A stretch of 64,000 bases of DNA from Candidatus Omnitrophota bacterium (GTDB taxonomy: Bacteria > Omnitrophota > Omnitrophia > Omnitrophales > Aquincolibacteriaceae), in contig JBDRCT010000013.1 in assembly GCA_043821445.1 (NCBI GenBank), positions 82,149 to 146,148 of the forward strand, written 5' to 3'. The position numbers and the translations under genes were made by a program. Below, one piece after another: positions 10,203 through 18,120 of the stretch; position 1 is the first letter of the stretch, and the number at the start of each line of letters is the position of its first letter. The notes beneath the pieces are model-generated. The model ran no database searches and was not told the origin of the DNA. It was given only the letters and a program-made list of their open reading frames with translations.

Positions 10203-10445
10203 TTACAAAATCGTTCTTAAAAATTTCCTACCAGCCGTACTTTTCAAATAACGCTCACGGATAACGGCCTGCGACCTTGACCCTACGGTTTCATGATACC
10301 CAAGCGCCCAAGGTCTATGGGGTTTTGTTGATCGGCAAAACCCTTGATTATGCACTAAAATCCGCTTCTCTAAGCTGGCTGTCTGCCCAATGTAAATACG
10401 CCCATTTTTTTGGCTAACTAGCACATAAACAAAGTGCTTTTTCAT
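10203..10445 (-). CDS. Small GIY-YIG nuclease family protein
   Basis: MKKHFVYVLVSQKNGRIYIGQTASLEKRILVHNQG...ERYLKS; GIY-YIG (here FVY...IYIG) motif; sits between tRNA-Gln and a tRNA 5'-end duplicate. Confidence 0.8.
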   Translation of the reverse strand: MKKHFVYVLVSQKNGRIYIGQTASLEKRILVHNQGFCRSTKPHRPWALGYHETVGSRSQAVIRERYLKSTAGRKFLRTIL

Positions 10446-10454
10446 AATTTCACT

Positions 10455-10530
10455 CCGCCTGGAAATCTTTGATTTCCAGGACGGATCCGTCCTCAGGCCT
10501 TTGCCTGAGGCGGACACGGGGCAATAACTT
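10455..10530 (-). repeat. Duplicated tRNA-Gln 5' end (TGCCCCGTG + 7-nt flank) followed by three hairpins with AAAG/GAT loops; 5' leader of the GIY-YIG gene
   Basis: 16-nt direct repeat cacggggcaataactt at 10189-10204 and 10515-10530; minus strand reads TGCCCCGTG-tccg-CCTCAGGC-AAAG-GCCTGAGG-ACGGATCCGTCC-TGGAAATC-AAAG-ATTTCCAGG-cGGAGTGAAATtATG, i.e. tRNA-like GTGAAAT resumes just before the GIY-YIG ATG. Confidence 0.55.
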
Positions 10531-10547
10531 ATTTATTTTAAAAAAAA

Positions 10548-10856
10548 TCAACGCTCGAACGGATCGCCATCGCGGAGTGCTTGCGCCTGGGGCTCATGTT
10601 CGATAAAAAGCTCGTAGGCGTTCAGGACCTCTTTTTGGATATAGTCCTTGAACTCCGCTGTAATAGGATGCGCCACGTCCCGGTAATCGTCGCCTTTGAC
10701 CTTGCGGGAAGGCATCACCACGAAAAGGCCCTTCGATCCCTCGAGCACCTTCAGCCCGCGCACTACGAAACAACCGTCGAAGGTGATATTGGCAAAAGCA
10801 CACAGCTTGTTTTCTTTATTCGCTTGGGGAAAAATGCGAATTTCCGTGATCTTCAC
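10548..10856 (-). CDS. spoVG: Septation protein SpoVG
   Basis: MKITEIRIFP...KLCAFANITFDGCFVVRGLKVLEGSKGLFVVMPSRK. Confidence 0.85.
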   Translation of the reverse strand: MKITEIRIFPQANKENKLCAFANITFDGCFVVRGLKVLEGSKGLFVVMPSRKVKGDDYRDVAHPITAEFKDYIQKEVLNAYELFIEHEPQAQALRDGDPFER

Positions 10857-10924
10857 TTCCCAACCTCATAATCTTATGTACTATCCTGACTTTTATTTTC
10901 TTCTCATCAACGGCAGTCGGGATT

Positions 10925-10968
10925 GCCCCAATTTCCGCTTCGCTTCAATTGATAAGTATTGGGACTAC
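10925..10968. repeat. Dispersed palindromic element, copy B: GCCCCAAT-ttccgcttcgcttcaa-ttgataagt-ATTGGGAC-tac
   Basis: Same architecture as copy A; terminal GTAG on minus strand is the TAG stop of ispE. Confidence 0.6.
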
Positions 10969-11840
10969 AATGAGTGACAAATCACCTTGCGAAAAGGAAA
11001 GGGAACTTCTTTCAATCTCTTCGATAGGTCTAAAGCTTCTTTCCGGCTGGAGAACGCTGCGAAGACCGTAGCCCCGCTTCCGCTCATAAGAACGAAGGGA
11101 GCTCCCAGGCCTTTGAGAACCGCCACGGCTTTGGGAATGGACGGCATCAGACGAAATGCCGGGATTTCCAGATCATTCCGCGCAAGCGTCGCCGCTTCCC
11201 AGATCCACTTTTTATTAAGAAAAGAGCGCAGAATTCTAGCAATACGCCTTTCCTTTGTCAAGGAGAGGGGCCGCCCGCCCCAGGAGAGCATTTGGTAGAC
11301 TTTTTTCGTAGGAAGTCCCTGATCCGCCACAAGCAAAAGGAACTCGAGGCGGGTACCCAACGGCGCTTTTTGGAGCCTATCCCCGATGCCCCAAGCCATG
11401 GCTTGCCGCGTGTTCGAAAGAAAGAACGGCACATCCGCACCGAGCTTTTCCCCTATAGAGAAAAGCTCCTTGCGGGAGATCTTGAGCCGGAAAAGTTTTT
11501 TCATGCCTAGTAAGAAGGAAGCCGCGTTGCTAGAGCCACCTCCAAGCCCGGCACCTAGAGGAATACGCTTGGTGAGCCGCACGGAAACTCCTCCCAACCC
11601 TTGGAATTTCCCTTGAAGCGCCCGGTAGGCCTTGGTGATGAGATTGCCTTCCCCGGTTTTGAGAGCGGAAATGTTCGTGGTAAGTTTAAAGCCCCCGGAG
11701 TTTTTTCGAATGACAAGGGTATCTGCAAGCGAGATGCGGTGGAAAAGCGTCAAAAGTTCATGATACCCGTCCGGTCGCTTACCGAGAATACGCAGATGAA
11801 GATTGAGTTTTGCGGGACTTCTAACAGTAAGGTTATTCAT
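10965..11840 (-). CDS. ispE: 4-diphosphocytidyl-2-C-methyl-D-erythritol kinase IspE
   Basis: GHMP kinase; AKLNLHLRILGKRPDGYHEL, IPLGAGLGGGSSNAA. Confidence 0.85.
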   Translation of the reverse strand: MNNLTVRSPAKLNLHLRILGKRPDGYHELLTLFHRISLADTLVIRKNSGGFKLTTNISALKTGEGNLITKAYRALQGKFQGLGGVSVRLTKRIPLGAGLGGGSSNAASFLLGMKKLFRLKISRKELFSIGEKLGADVPFFLSNTRQAMAWGIGDRLQKAPLGTRLEFLLLVADQGLPTKKVYQMLSWGGRPLSLTKERRIARILRSFLNKKWIWEAATLARNDLEIPAFRLMPSIPKAVAVLKGLGAPFVLMSGSGATVFAAFSSRKEALDLSKRLKEVPFPFRKVICHSL

Positions 11841-11946
11841 TTCAGGAATACGGATGGAGGATGGCGGATGGCGTCAAACAACATCTTGCCTTGCGTTCTT
11901 CGCCATCCGCTATCCGCTTCCCGTAACGCGGGACTGGTCCCGCGTT

Positions 11947-12045
11947 TTAGGACCAATCTTTTTTCTTGTGGCGGTGCTTGCGCAACTTCTTCTTGCGCTT
12001 ATGCTTGTTCATCTTCTTCTTGCGCTGTTTACGAGCCCAAGGCAT
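11947..12045 (-). CDS. Very small highly basic protein, possibly ribosomal protein bS22-like (not in ORF track: 32 aa)
   Basis: MPWARKQRKKKMNKHKRKKKLRKHRHKKKDWS; strong SD GGAGG 6 nt upstream of ATG; K/R pattern around M-x-KHK-KKLRK resembles bS22/AURKAIP1-type peptides from memory; a 7-bp hairpin cgcggga-ctgg-tcccgcg directly follows the stop. Confidence 0.45.
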   Translation of the reverse strand: MPWARKQRKKKMNKHKRKKKLRKHRHKKKDWS

Positions 12046-12122
12046 TGTTTCCTCCGGTTGTCAATCATAAGCGGTAAGCGACAAGTTTCTTACAACCTAT
12101 CCCTTATCGCTTTTCGCTGCAT

Positions 12123-12995
12123 TTATGGAATAACTTTATTGAGCGGATATTCGATGATGCCTGAGGCGCCGGCCTTCTTGAGCGCCGGGATCAATTCCCG
12201 GACCACGGACTCGTCAATGATGGTCTCGACGTCGAGCCAATTCTTGTCCGTAAGGTTCGCGATGGTCGGTTTCTTCATGGCCGGAAGGAGGCTCAGGACC
12301 TTTCGCAGGTTCTTCTTCTCGACGTTCATTTTGAGGCCGACTTTCTCCTGGGCGCGCATCGCACCCTCAAGAAGCATAATGAGATTATCCATCTTGTGTT
12401 TCTTCCAGGGATCCTTCGCGCTCTGTTTGTTCGCAATGAACTTCGGGATGGAAACAATCACGGTATCGATGATCTTAAGCCTGTTCGCGCGAAGACTGGA
12501 CCCGGTCTCGGTCGCCTCCACAATGGCGTCCGCAAGGCGCGGCGGTTTGGCTTCCGTGGCACCCCAGGAAAACTCCACTTCCGCGGTCACCTTGTGTTTT
12601 TTAAGATAACGCTTCGTGACGCCCACAAGCTCGGTCACGATCTTCTTCCCGTTCAGGTCTTTGACGCTTTTAAAAGGCGAGGTTTCGTGCACGGCCAGGA
12701 CCCAGCGAACGGGGTTGGAAGTGCGTTTAGAATATTGGAGCTCGCAAAGTTCCACGACCTTGGAATCGTTCTCCACGATCCAGTCATGTCCGGTCAGGCC
12801 GCAGTCCACGATGCCGTCTTCCACATAGCGGGACATTTCCTGAGGGCGGAAAAGCGCCACCTCGATCTCGGGATCATCGATGGAGGGAATGTAGGAGCGG
12901 GGATTGACGCTGATCTTGAAACCGGCCCGCTTGAAGAGATTATAGGTCGCTTCTTCGAGACTGCCTTTGGGTAATGCGATCTTGAGCTTATTCAT
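12123..12995 (-). CDS. hisG: ATP phosphoribosyltransferase, long form with C-terminal regulatory domain
   Basis: [10 protein letters not shown]...[12 protein letters not shown]; 290 aa. Confidence 0.85.
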   Translation of the reverse strand: MNKLKIALPKGSLEEATYNLFKRAGFKISVNPRSYIPSIDDPEIEVALFRPQEMSRYVEDGIVDCGLTGHDWIVENDSKVVELCELQYSKRTSNPVRWVLAVHETSPFKSVKDLNGKKIVTELVGVTKRYLKKHKVTAEVEFSWGATEAKPPRLADAIVEATETGSSLRANRLKIIDTVIVSIPKFIANKQSAKDPWKKHKMDNLIMLLEGAMRAQEKVGLKMNVEKKNLRKVLSLLPAMKKPTIANLTDKNWLDVETIIDESVVRELIPALKKAGASGIIEYPLNKVIP

Positions 12996-13004
12996 AGAGG
13001 GCGG

Positions 13005-13033
13005 ATTCTAGCTTTTTGCTCCCGGAGTGTCAA
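13005..13033 (-). promoter_or_regulatory. Candidate sigma70 promoter for hisG: -35 TTGACA / 17 bp / -10 TAGAAT, 9 nt before the ATG (near-leaderless)
   Basis: Minus strand reads TTGACActccgggagcaaaaagcTAGAATccgccctctATG. Confidence 0.3.
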
Positions 13034-13050
13034 TCCAGGAAAATAAACTT

Positions 13051-13509
13051 TTATCCGCCTTGCTGCTTTTTGGGAAGCATATTACGTTGGACCTTGGAGA
13101 ACAGCACCAGGATTATCAGCACAAGGATCGTGGTCATCACGGCTTGTTTGTAAAGTCCCAGTCCGCAAGACAAACCGATCGCACAAGCAGCCCATATCCC
13201 CGCGGCAGTGGTCAGCCCCTTGACGCTCCCCGCCTGCGAGCGGATGATCGCTCCGGCGCCCAGAAATCCGATCCCGGTCACGGCCTGCGCTGCGATACGT
13301 CCCGGATCCACGGTAGCGACTCCTTTGAAGATCTCAAAAACGCCAATGGATACGATCATCATGAGCGCCGAACCCAGGCACACGAGCGAATAGGTCTTGA
13401 AACCGGCTTCTTTCCCGTGGACCTCCCGTTCAAGGCCGATCAGAGCCCCTAGCAATGTCGCAACGCTCAATTTGATCGCAAAATCAATGTCCTGCGGCGT
13501 CAAACCCAT
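13051..13509 (-). CDS. mgtC: MgtC/SapB family membrane protein
   Basis: LIGLEREVHGKEAGFKTY...GIGFLGAGAII; start probably MGLTPQD (13509). Confidence 0.75.
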   Translation of the reverse strand: MGLTPQDIDFAIKLSVATLLGALIGLEREVHGKEAGFKTYSLVCLGSALMMIVSIGVFEIFKGVATVDPGRIAAQAVTGIGFLGAGAIIRSQAGSVKGLTTAAGIWAACAIGLSCGLGLYKQAVMTTILVLIILVLFSKVQRNMLPKKQQGG

Positions 13510-13605
13510 AAAGGAACACATGAAAACCCTCCCTCATTCAAATGCGTGTCAAAGTGTCAATGTATCAAAGTATCATGAAACTCTGACACTTTGATACCCT
13601 GATAC

Positions 13606-14604
13606 TTATTTTATTTGAAGTGCCGGATCGCCGGTCATATTAAGTTTCGACCGTTTCCCGTTTTGATAAAGTTCAAAACCCCGGCGTGCGATCATGGCCG
13701 CATTGTCCGTGCTGAGCACAAACGGCGGGAACCAGACCTTGATCCCTAACTTACCGGCGTCCTGCGTGAGTTTTTCGCGCAGATAGGAATTCGCGCTTAC
13801 GCCTCCGCCGACTACGATATCGGACACGCCTTTGAATTGGGCGGCGTCGAGCGCCTTCTCGACGAGCCAGCCGATCACGGCATGCTGAAAACTCGCAGCC
13901 ATATCTTTCTGCGAAGGTGCCAAGGGGTTCGGCTTCCCGGTCTTGGGGTCCCGGAACTGATAGAGCACGGCCGTTTTCACGCCGCTGAAACTGAAGTTGA
14001 ATCGCTTGTCCTGTTTGGGTCTTGTAAAATGAAAAGCCCGCGGGTTCCCTTCTTTCGCGAGTTTATCCAGAATGGGCCCGCCGGGGTAACTGAGCCCCAT
14101 GATCTTCGCGACCTTGTCGTACGCCTCGCCCACTGCGTCATCGACGGTCTCGCCCAGGATATGGACCTTCTCTTTTTCGCAGAATGTGAGCATCGTATGC
14201 CCGCCCGAGACCAGAAGTCCGATAAAACGCTTGGGTTCCCGGGCTCCGAAGAAATTGGCGACCAGATGTGCTTCCATGTGATGGACCCCCACCACCGGGA
14301 TCTCTAGTTGATACGCGAGTGCTTTGGCGAATGCGACGCCGACCAAAAGAGAACCGATGAGCCCCGGGCCTTGGGTTACGGCGATGAGATCGAGATCCCG
14401 GGGTTTGATCCTGGCTTCACGAAGCGCCTCCTCGAACACGCATTGGATCTGTTCCATGCAGTGCCGGGACGCGATCTCGGGCACCACACCGCCGAATTTC
14501 TTGTGCCGGAAAAGACTGGAGGAAACAACATTGGAAAGGATCGTATCTTTGCCGCGCAGGACCGAGCACGACGTTTCGTCGCAGGAGGTTTCGATGCCGA
14601 GCAT
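13606..14604 (-). CDS. tsaD: tRNA N6-adenosine threonylcarbamoyltransferase TsaD
   Basis: MLGIETSCDETS..., HHMEAH, GGGVSAN motifs; real start is the internal ATG at 14604; the track ORF extends upstream through a repeat. Confidence 0.85.
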   Translation of the reverse strand: MLGIETSCDETSCSVLRGKDTILSNVVSSSLFRHKKFGGVVPEIASRHCMEQIQCVFEEALREARIKPRDLDLIAVTQGPGLIGSLLVGVAFAKALAYQLEIPVVGVHHMEAHLVANFFGAREPKRFIGLLVSGGHTMLTFCEKEKVHILGETVDDAVGEAYDKVAKIMGLSYPGGPILDKLAKEGNPRAFHFTRPKQDKRFNFSFSGVKTAVLYQFRDPKTGKPNPLAPSQKDMAASFQHAVIGWLVEKALDAAQFKGVSDIVVGGGVSANSYLREKLTQDAGKLGIKVWFPPFVLSTDNAAMIARRGFELYQNGKRSKLNMTGDPALQIK

Positions 14605-14608
14605 GTAA

Positions 14609-14674
14609 TGCGCACAACGTGCAGGGCGCAACGCTCCCTTTTGTTTTGTTGTGCGTTGAGCGTTGCGCGTTGCG
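14609..14674. repeat. CAACG/CGTTG-rich palindromic intergenic element, copy 1, filling the gatB-tsaD spacer exactly
   Basis: gcgcacaacgtgcagggcgcaacgctccc-ttttgttttgtt-gtgcgttgagcgttgcgcgttgcgc; similar elements at 24781 and 58701. Confidence 0.5.
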
Positions 14675-16177
14675 CTAACTCGCGAGTTTTTTCTGGAGGA
14701 TTTCATTGACGATCTTCGGATTCGCTTTCCCCTGCGTCTCTTTCATCACCGCGCCGACAAGAGCGCCGAGGGCCTTTTGTTTCCCGGTCTTGAACTCCGC
14801 GACCGCGGCGGGGTTCGCGGCGATGGCCTTCTCGACCGCCTTCTCGATCAACCCCGTGTCCGAGACTTGCGTAAGGCCTTTTTCTTTGACGATCGCTTCC
14901 GCGGCCTTGCCGGTCGCCGCCATCTCCTGAAGTACGTCCTTGGCAGTCTTTCCGCTCAAGGTCCCCTGTTCGACAAGACGGATCAGCCCTGCAAGCGCGT
15001 GCGGTGAGACGGAGCAATCCTCGATCGCAATATTTTTCGCGTTCAAGAGGGCGAGAAGCTCGTTCTGAACCCAGTTGCTCGCGAGTTTAGCGGGGGCCCC
15101 TTCGCGAACACAGGACTCAAAATATCCCGCGAGTTTCTTCTCCTGCACCAGCACATAGGCGTCATATTCCGGAATGCCGAATTCCCTGATGAACCGCTTC
15201 GCGCGTTCAAGCGGCAACTCGGGCAAAGTCTTGCGGACCTCTTCGACGGTCTCGCGGGTGAGCGTGAACGGGACAAGATCCGGCTCCGGGAAATAGCGGT
15301 AATCATGGGCTTCTTCTTTGGAGCGCATGGAAAACGTCGTGCCTTTGGCATCATTCCAAAGCCGCGTTTCCTGGACGATCGTTTCCCCGTTCTTGAGCGC
15401 TTCGGTCTGCCGCTCAATTTCATACTGAATGGCTTTTTGCACCATCTTAAAAGAATTCAGGTTCTTGATCTCGACCTTGGTGCCTAATTTTTCCTGGCTC
15501 ACGGGCCGCACCGACACGTTCGCGTCACAGCGAAGGCTCCCCTTTTCCATATCACAGTCGCTCACTTCCAGATATTGAAGAATAGCCTTTAGCGCGGTGA
15601 GGTAATCGTAAGCCTCCTGCGGGCTCCCGAGGTCCGGCTCGGAAACGATCTCAAGAAGCGGAATGCCGCCCCGGTTATAATCCACCAGGCTCCCGTCCGC
15701 AATGCCTTCATGAAGGAGTTTTCCCGCGTCCTCTTCCAGATGCGCGCGTGTGATGCCGATCCGTTTTAAGACCACGGACGACAGACCACAGTCTACAGCC
15801 CCTGCTTTTTCCTTTTTTGCTGCGGTCTTCGGTCTGCAGTCTGCAGTCTGGGTTTCGATATCGACGAAACCTTTACCGTTCACCGGCATGTCAAATTGCG
15901 AGATCTGGTAGGCCTTGGGAAGGTCCGGATAAAAATAATTCTTCCGGTCGAATTTGAGCCGCTCCGCCACCTTGCAATTGAGCGCAAGCCCGACCCGTAT
16001 CGCAAGCTTCAAGGCCGCTTCGTTTAGGACCGGCAACGATCCCGGCCAGCCAAGACACACCGGACACGTATGCTTGTTCCCCTCCGCTCCAAACTCCGTG
16101 GAGCATGAGCAGAAGAGCTTCGACTTCGTTTTCAGTTGTACGTGGACCTCAAGCCCAATGACGGGTTCGTAGTTCAT
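14675..16177 (-). CDS. gatB: Asp/Glu-tRNA amidotransferase subunit B
   Basis: MNYEPVIGLEVHVQLKTKSKLFCSC...; full-length GatB with a ~25-aa palindromic in-frame insert (15781-15860); ATG has no SD. Confidence 0.9.
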   Translation of the reverse strand: MNYEPVIGLEVHVQLKTKSKLFCSCSTEFGAEGNKHTCPVCLGWPGSLPVLNEAALKLAIRVGLALNCKVAERLKFDRKNYFYPDLPKAYQISQFDMPVNGKGFVDIETQTADCRPKTAAKKEKAGAVDCGLSSVVLKRIGITRAHLEEDAGKLLHEGIADGSLVDYNRGGIPLLEIVSEPDLGSPQEAYDYLTALKAILQYLEVSDCDMEKGSLRCDANVSVRPVSQEKLGTKVEIKNLNSFKMVQKAIQYEIERQTEALKNGETIVQETRLWNDAKGTTFSMRSKEEAHDYRYFPEPDLVPFTLTRETVEEVRKTLPELPLERAKRFIREFGIPEYDAYVLVQEKKLAGYFESCVREGAPAKLASNWVQNELLALLNAKNIAIEDCSVSPHALAGLIRLVEQGTLSGKTAKDVLQEMAATGKAAEAIVKEKGLTQVSDTGLIEKAVEKAIAANPAAVAEFKTGKQKALGALVGAVMKETQGKANPKIVNEILQKKLAS

Positions 16178-16293
16178 AAACTAGTACGGGGTACGGAGTA
16201 CGGCGTCTCGCGTTCTTTTTTCATGTGCGCCGCACACCTTCCGCCTCTCGCAGTTTTCCGGACTTCAAGTCCAATGACCGGTTCGCAATTCAT
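16174..16293 (-). CDS. 39-codon bridging ORF whose first 11 codons are a diverged duplicate of the gatB start (MNCEPVIGLEV...)
   Basis: ATG overlaps the TGA of the 341-aa ORF (ATGA) and its TGA overlaps the gatB ATG (ATGA); 28/33 nt identical to gatB 5' end, 4 of 5 substitutions synonymous. Confidence 0.4.
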   Translation of the reverse strand: MNCEPVIGLEVRKTARGGRCAAHMKKERETPYSVPRTSL

Positions 16294-17315
16294 ATTTTTT
16301 CACCATCAACCAGCAACTTCTTCTTTGAAGATTTCCCTCTTTTCTTTGACATTTCCAGAAGCCACTGATCAACATACTTGATTAAACTGCAACCAGCCCT
16401 TGCCACCTCGTTAAAATATCGCGTTGTTTGGATATGACTGATAGTTAGTTTTGTTCCCACTTTGAGTCTTGTCTTGTTTTTGTCCTTATATTCAGAGTCG
16501 ATAATACCGCCCCGATGAGCAATTAAATGCCGAATGCTTTCCATTCTTTTTAAAACAGTCCCATCTTGAAATGCTGTATTCAGGAAGTCTTCATCGCTCT
16601 TAGAGCCTATCCTAATAGCCTTGTAAGCTTTTCTCATACCCTTCAAGCTCGTAAAATCAAACTTCTCGGACAGCAATGCTCCCAAGTATTTCTTGATATT
16701 AAAATCATACTTTGATAGAAGCCCAACGCTAAACCCCTTCTTTGTAATCTTGTCTTCATCCTCATCTTTATCTGTTGCGCCCAACACCTTTTCAACCAAC
16801 AGAGTTGGGTTAGCATTAACCATTAAAATCCAGGCGTCTTTCACCAGCGATTCGAACGCTACCCAACTATTCATCACGCCAGATAAATACAGCGCTCGTA
16901 TCGCTGTTTTAAGCTTTTGATCTTTTTTGATTTTTTGATCTAGGCTACGAAAAGCCGCATCGATCACATCTTCCTTTGTAAAACCTTTTTGTTTTTGAAT
17001 TTTTTCGATTTCTTCTTTTAAGAAACTATTATTTTGCTCCTCAGAATCTTTGTTTCTTCTTGGAAAACTGCGTACCTCAGCTAACGTTTGTATTGCGAAA
17101 TGTTGAATTTCATAAGATGCTAGCGTAGAAAAATGCAGGGGCAGCATTTCCAGACTTAAGACATCTTCTAAGTTAACTGAGAAAGCCTTAGCAGCCCCGC
17201 GCAAAGCTTTTGATTGAATGCCGGCAACAACAGCTTCAATTTCATCGCTAACAATTTCTGTTTTCCTTCCTATAGACAAATAATGTCTCCGCACCACGCT
17301 TTGTGCTTTCTCCAT
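16290..17315 (-). CDS. Hypothetical 341-aa protein, AT-rich; possible HEPN-type (Rx4H) nuclease domain
   Basis: Motif MESIRHLIAHRGG (R-[NH]-x3-H as in Abi_2/RiboL-PSP HEPN families) near the C-terminal third; Lys/Glu-rich, much lower GC than flanks. Confidence 0.5.
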   Translation of the reverse strand: MEKAQSVVRRHYLSIGRKTEIVSDEIEAVVAGIQSKALRGAAKAFSVNLEDVLSLEMLPLHFSTLASYEIQHFAIQTLAEVRSFPRRNKDSEEQNNSFLKEEIEKIQKQKGFTKEDVIDAAFRSLDQKIKKDQKLKTAIRALYLSGVMNSWVAFESLVKDAWILMVNANPTLLVEKVLGATDKDEDEDKITKKGFSVGLLSKYDFNIKKYLGALLSEKFDFTSLKGMRKAYKAIRIGSKSDEDFLNTAFQDGTVLKRMESIRHLIAHRGGIIDSEYKDKNKTRLKVGTKLTISHIQTTRYFNEVARAGCSLIKYVDQWLLEMSKKRGKSSKKKLLVDGEKI

Positions 17316-17640
17316 ATTTTTTATGCCCCCATAAAAGTATGTATAAAGTAGGTGTCCTCCGCCATAAAACTTTGGCGGACAAGTGCAGCTGGACGCCCTA
17401 TAAAGTAGGCGTCCTACAACTGAACACCCTACGTATTTTCTTCCAATATTTCCGTCGACGGAAATATTGGCCGGTCACTTCGATTCATCGGACGTCCGAT
17501 AAATCTACCGAACGCCCAATTCTCAATTTTTCCGCATGCGGAAAAATCTGCCGAGACCCTCAACCCTTCAATTTTCCCGCATGCGGGAAAATCTGCTGCT
17601 TATCCCAATTTCCCCACATGCGGGGAAATCGTTCTGCACC
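17316..17640. repeat. Array of different perfect palindromes (28, 14, 20, 22, 20 nt) and CCCAATT + hairpin modules upstream of the 341-aa ORF
   Basis: ccaatatttccgtcgacggaaatattgg (17443-17470), atcggacgtccgat (17487-17500), tttttccgcatgcggaaaaa (17527-17546), attttcccgcatgcgggaaaat (17571-17592), tttccccacatgcggggaaa (17609-17628); direct repeat tataaagtaggYgtcct at 17342 and 17399. Confidence 0.65.
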
Positions 17641-17644
17641 TCAG

Positions 17645-17851
17645 CTATAAGCTATGGCCTTTGCCGTACTTCGCGTCTTCTTCACGGACAAGGTCGAATG
17701 CCTTGGCCGCGGCGTCAAACCGGTCGGAAAAATCGATCCGCTCCTCCCTCATCTTCGCCATCAGAAGCTCGTGATACTTGGTCCGGAGGGCATGGACCTT
17801 TTCCTTGGCGTGCGGCTCTTCCTCAGATATCTCCCGCTCCGCCTTGACCAA
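17645..17851 (-). CDS. Small hypothetical ORF (68 aa) inside the island
   Basis: ORF only; helical, charged; no recognizable motif. Confidence 0.3.
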   Translation of the reverse strand: MVKAEREISEEEPHAKEKVHALRTKYHELLMAKMREERIDFSDRFDAAAKAFDLVREEDAKYGKGHSL

Positions 17852-17883
17852 ATCTGTATAAATTCTTGCGATCTCAAGAACCG

Positions 17884-18114
17884 TTATAGCTCACCATGTG
17901 CGATCCGTATGGCGATCCGGGTCGCATGCTCTCTGTCCTTGTACTTGATCCCCTGTTTCTTGAGCAATTCAATGAATTTCCAGCGCAGGTCGATCTGCTT
18001 CTCCTCGAGAACCTGTAATTCCTCGGGGTTTGTCGTTTTTTCGATCTTTTCGATCACTTCAACATATTTTTTGGCTACGAGATACAGGTTATTCGTCATT
18101 ACTTCAGTCTCCAT
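17884..18114 (-). CDS. Small hypothetical ORF (~76 aa from METEV...) inside the island
   Basis: Ends ...KDREHATRIAIRIAHGEL (an Rx6H-G tail); start trimmed to METEV because the track start overlaps repeat cluster B. Confidence 0.35.
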   Translation of the reverse strand: METEVMTNNLYLVAKKYVEVIEKIEKTTNPEELQVLEEKQIDLRWKFIELLKKQGIKYKDREHATRIAIRIAHGEL

Positions 18115-18120
18115 GTAAAA

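Noticed and set aside
10455-10522. A second tRNA gene upstream of the GIY-YIG ORF
   Set aside because: Only the first 9 nt match the tRNA-Gln 5' end. The rest folds into three hairpins, not a cloverleaf, and there is no T-arm. It is interpreted as a duplicated tRNA end plus leader structure.
11851-11944. Intrinsic terminator between the bS22-like ORF and ispE
   Set aside because: A 14-bp imperfect stem and a perfect 7-bp hairpin exist, but neither is followed by a U-tract on the minus strand. The T-run is on the untranscribed plus strand.
13606-14706. 366-aa tsaD ORF as given
   Set aside because: The N-terminal extension is translation of the CAACG palindromic element and the gatB 3' end. 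The canonical TsaD start MLGIETSCDE is internal, at 14604.
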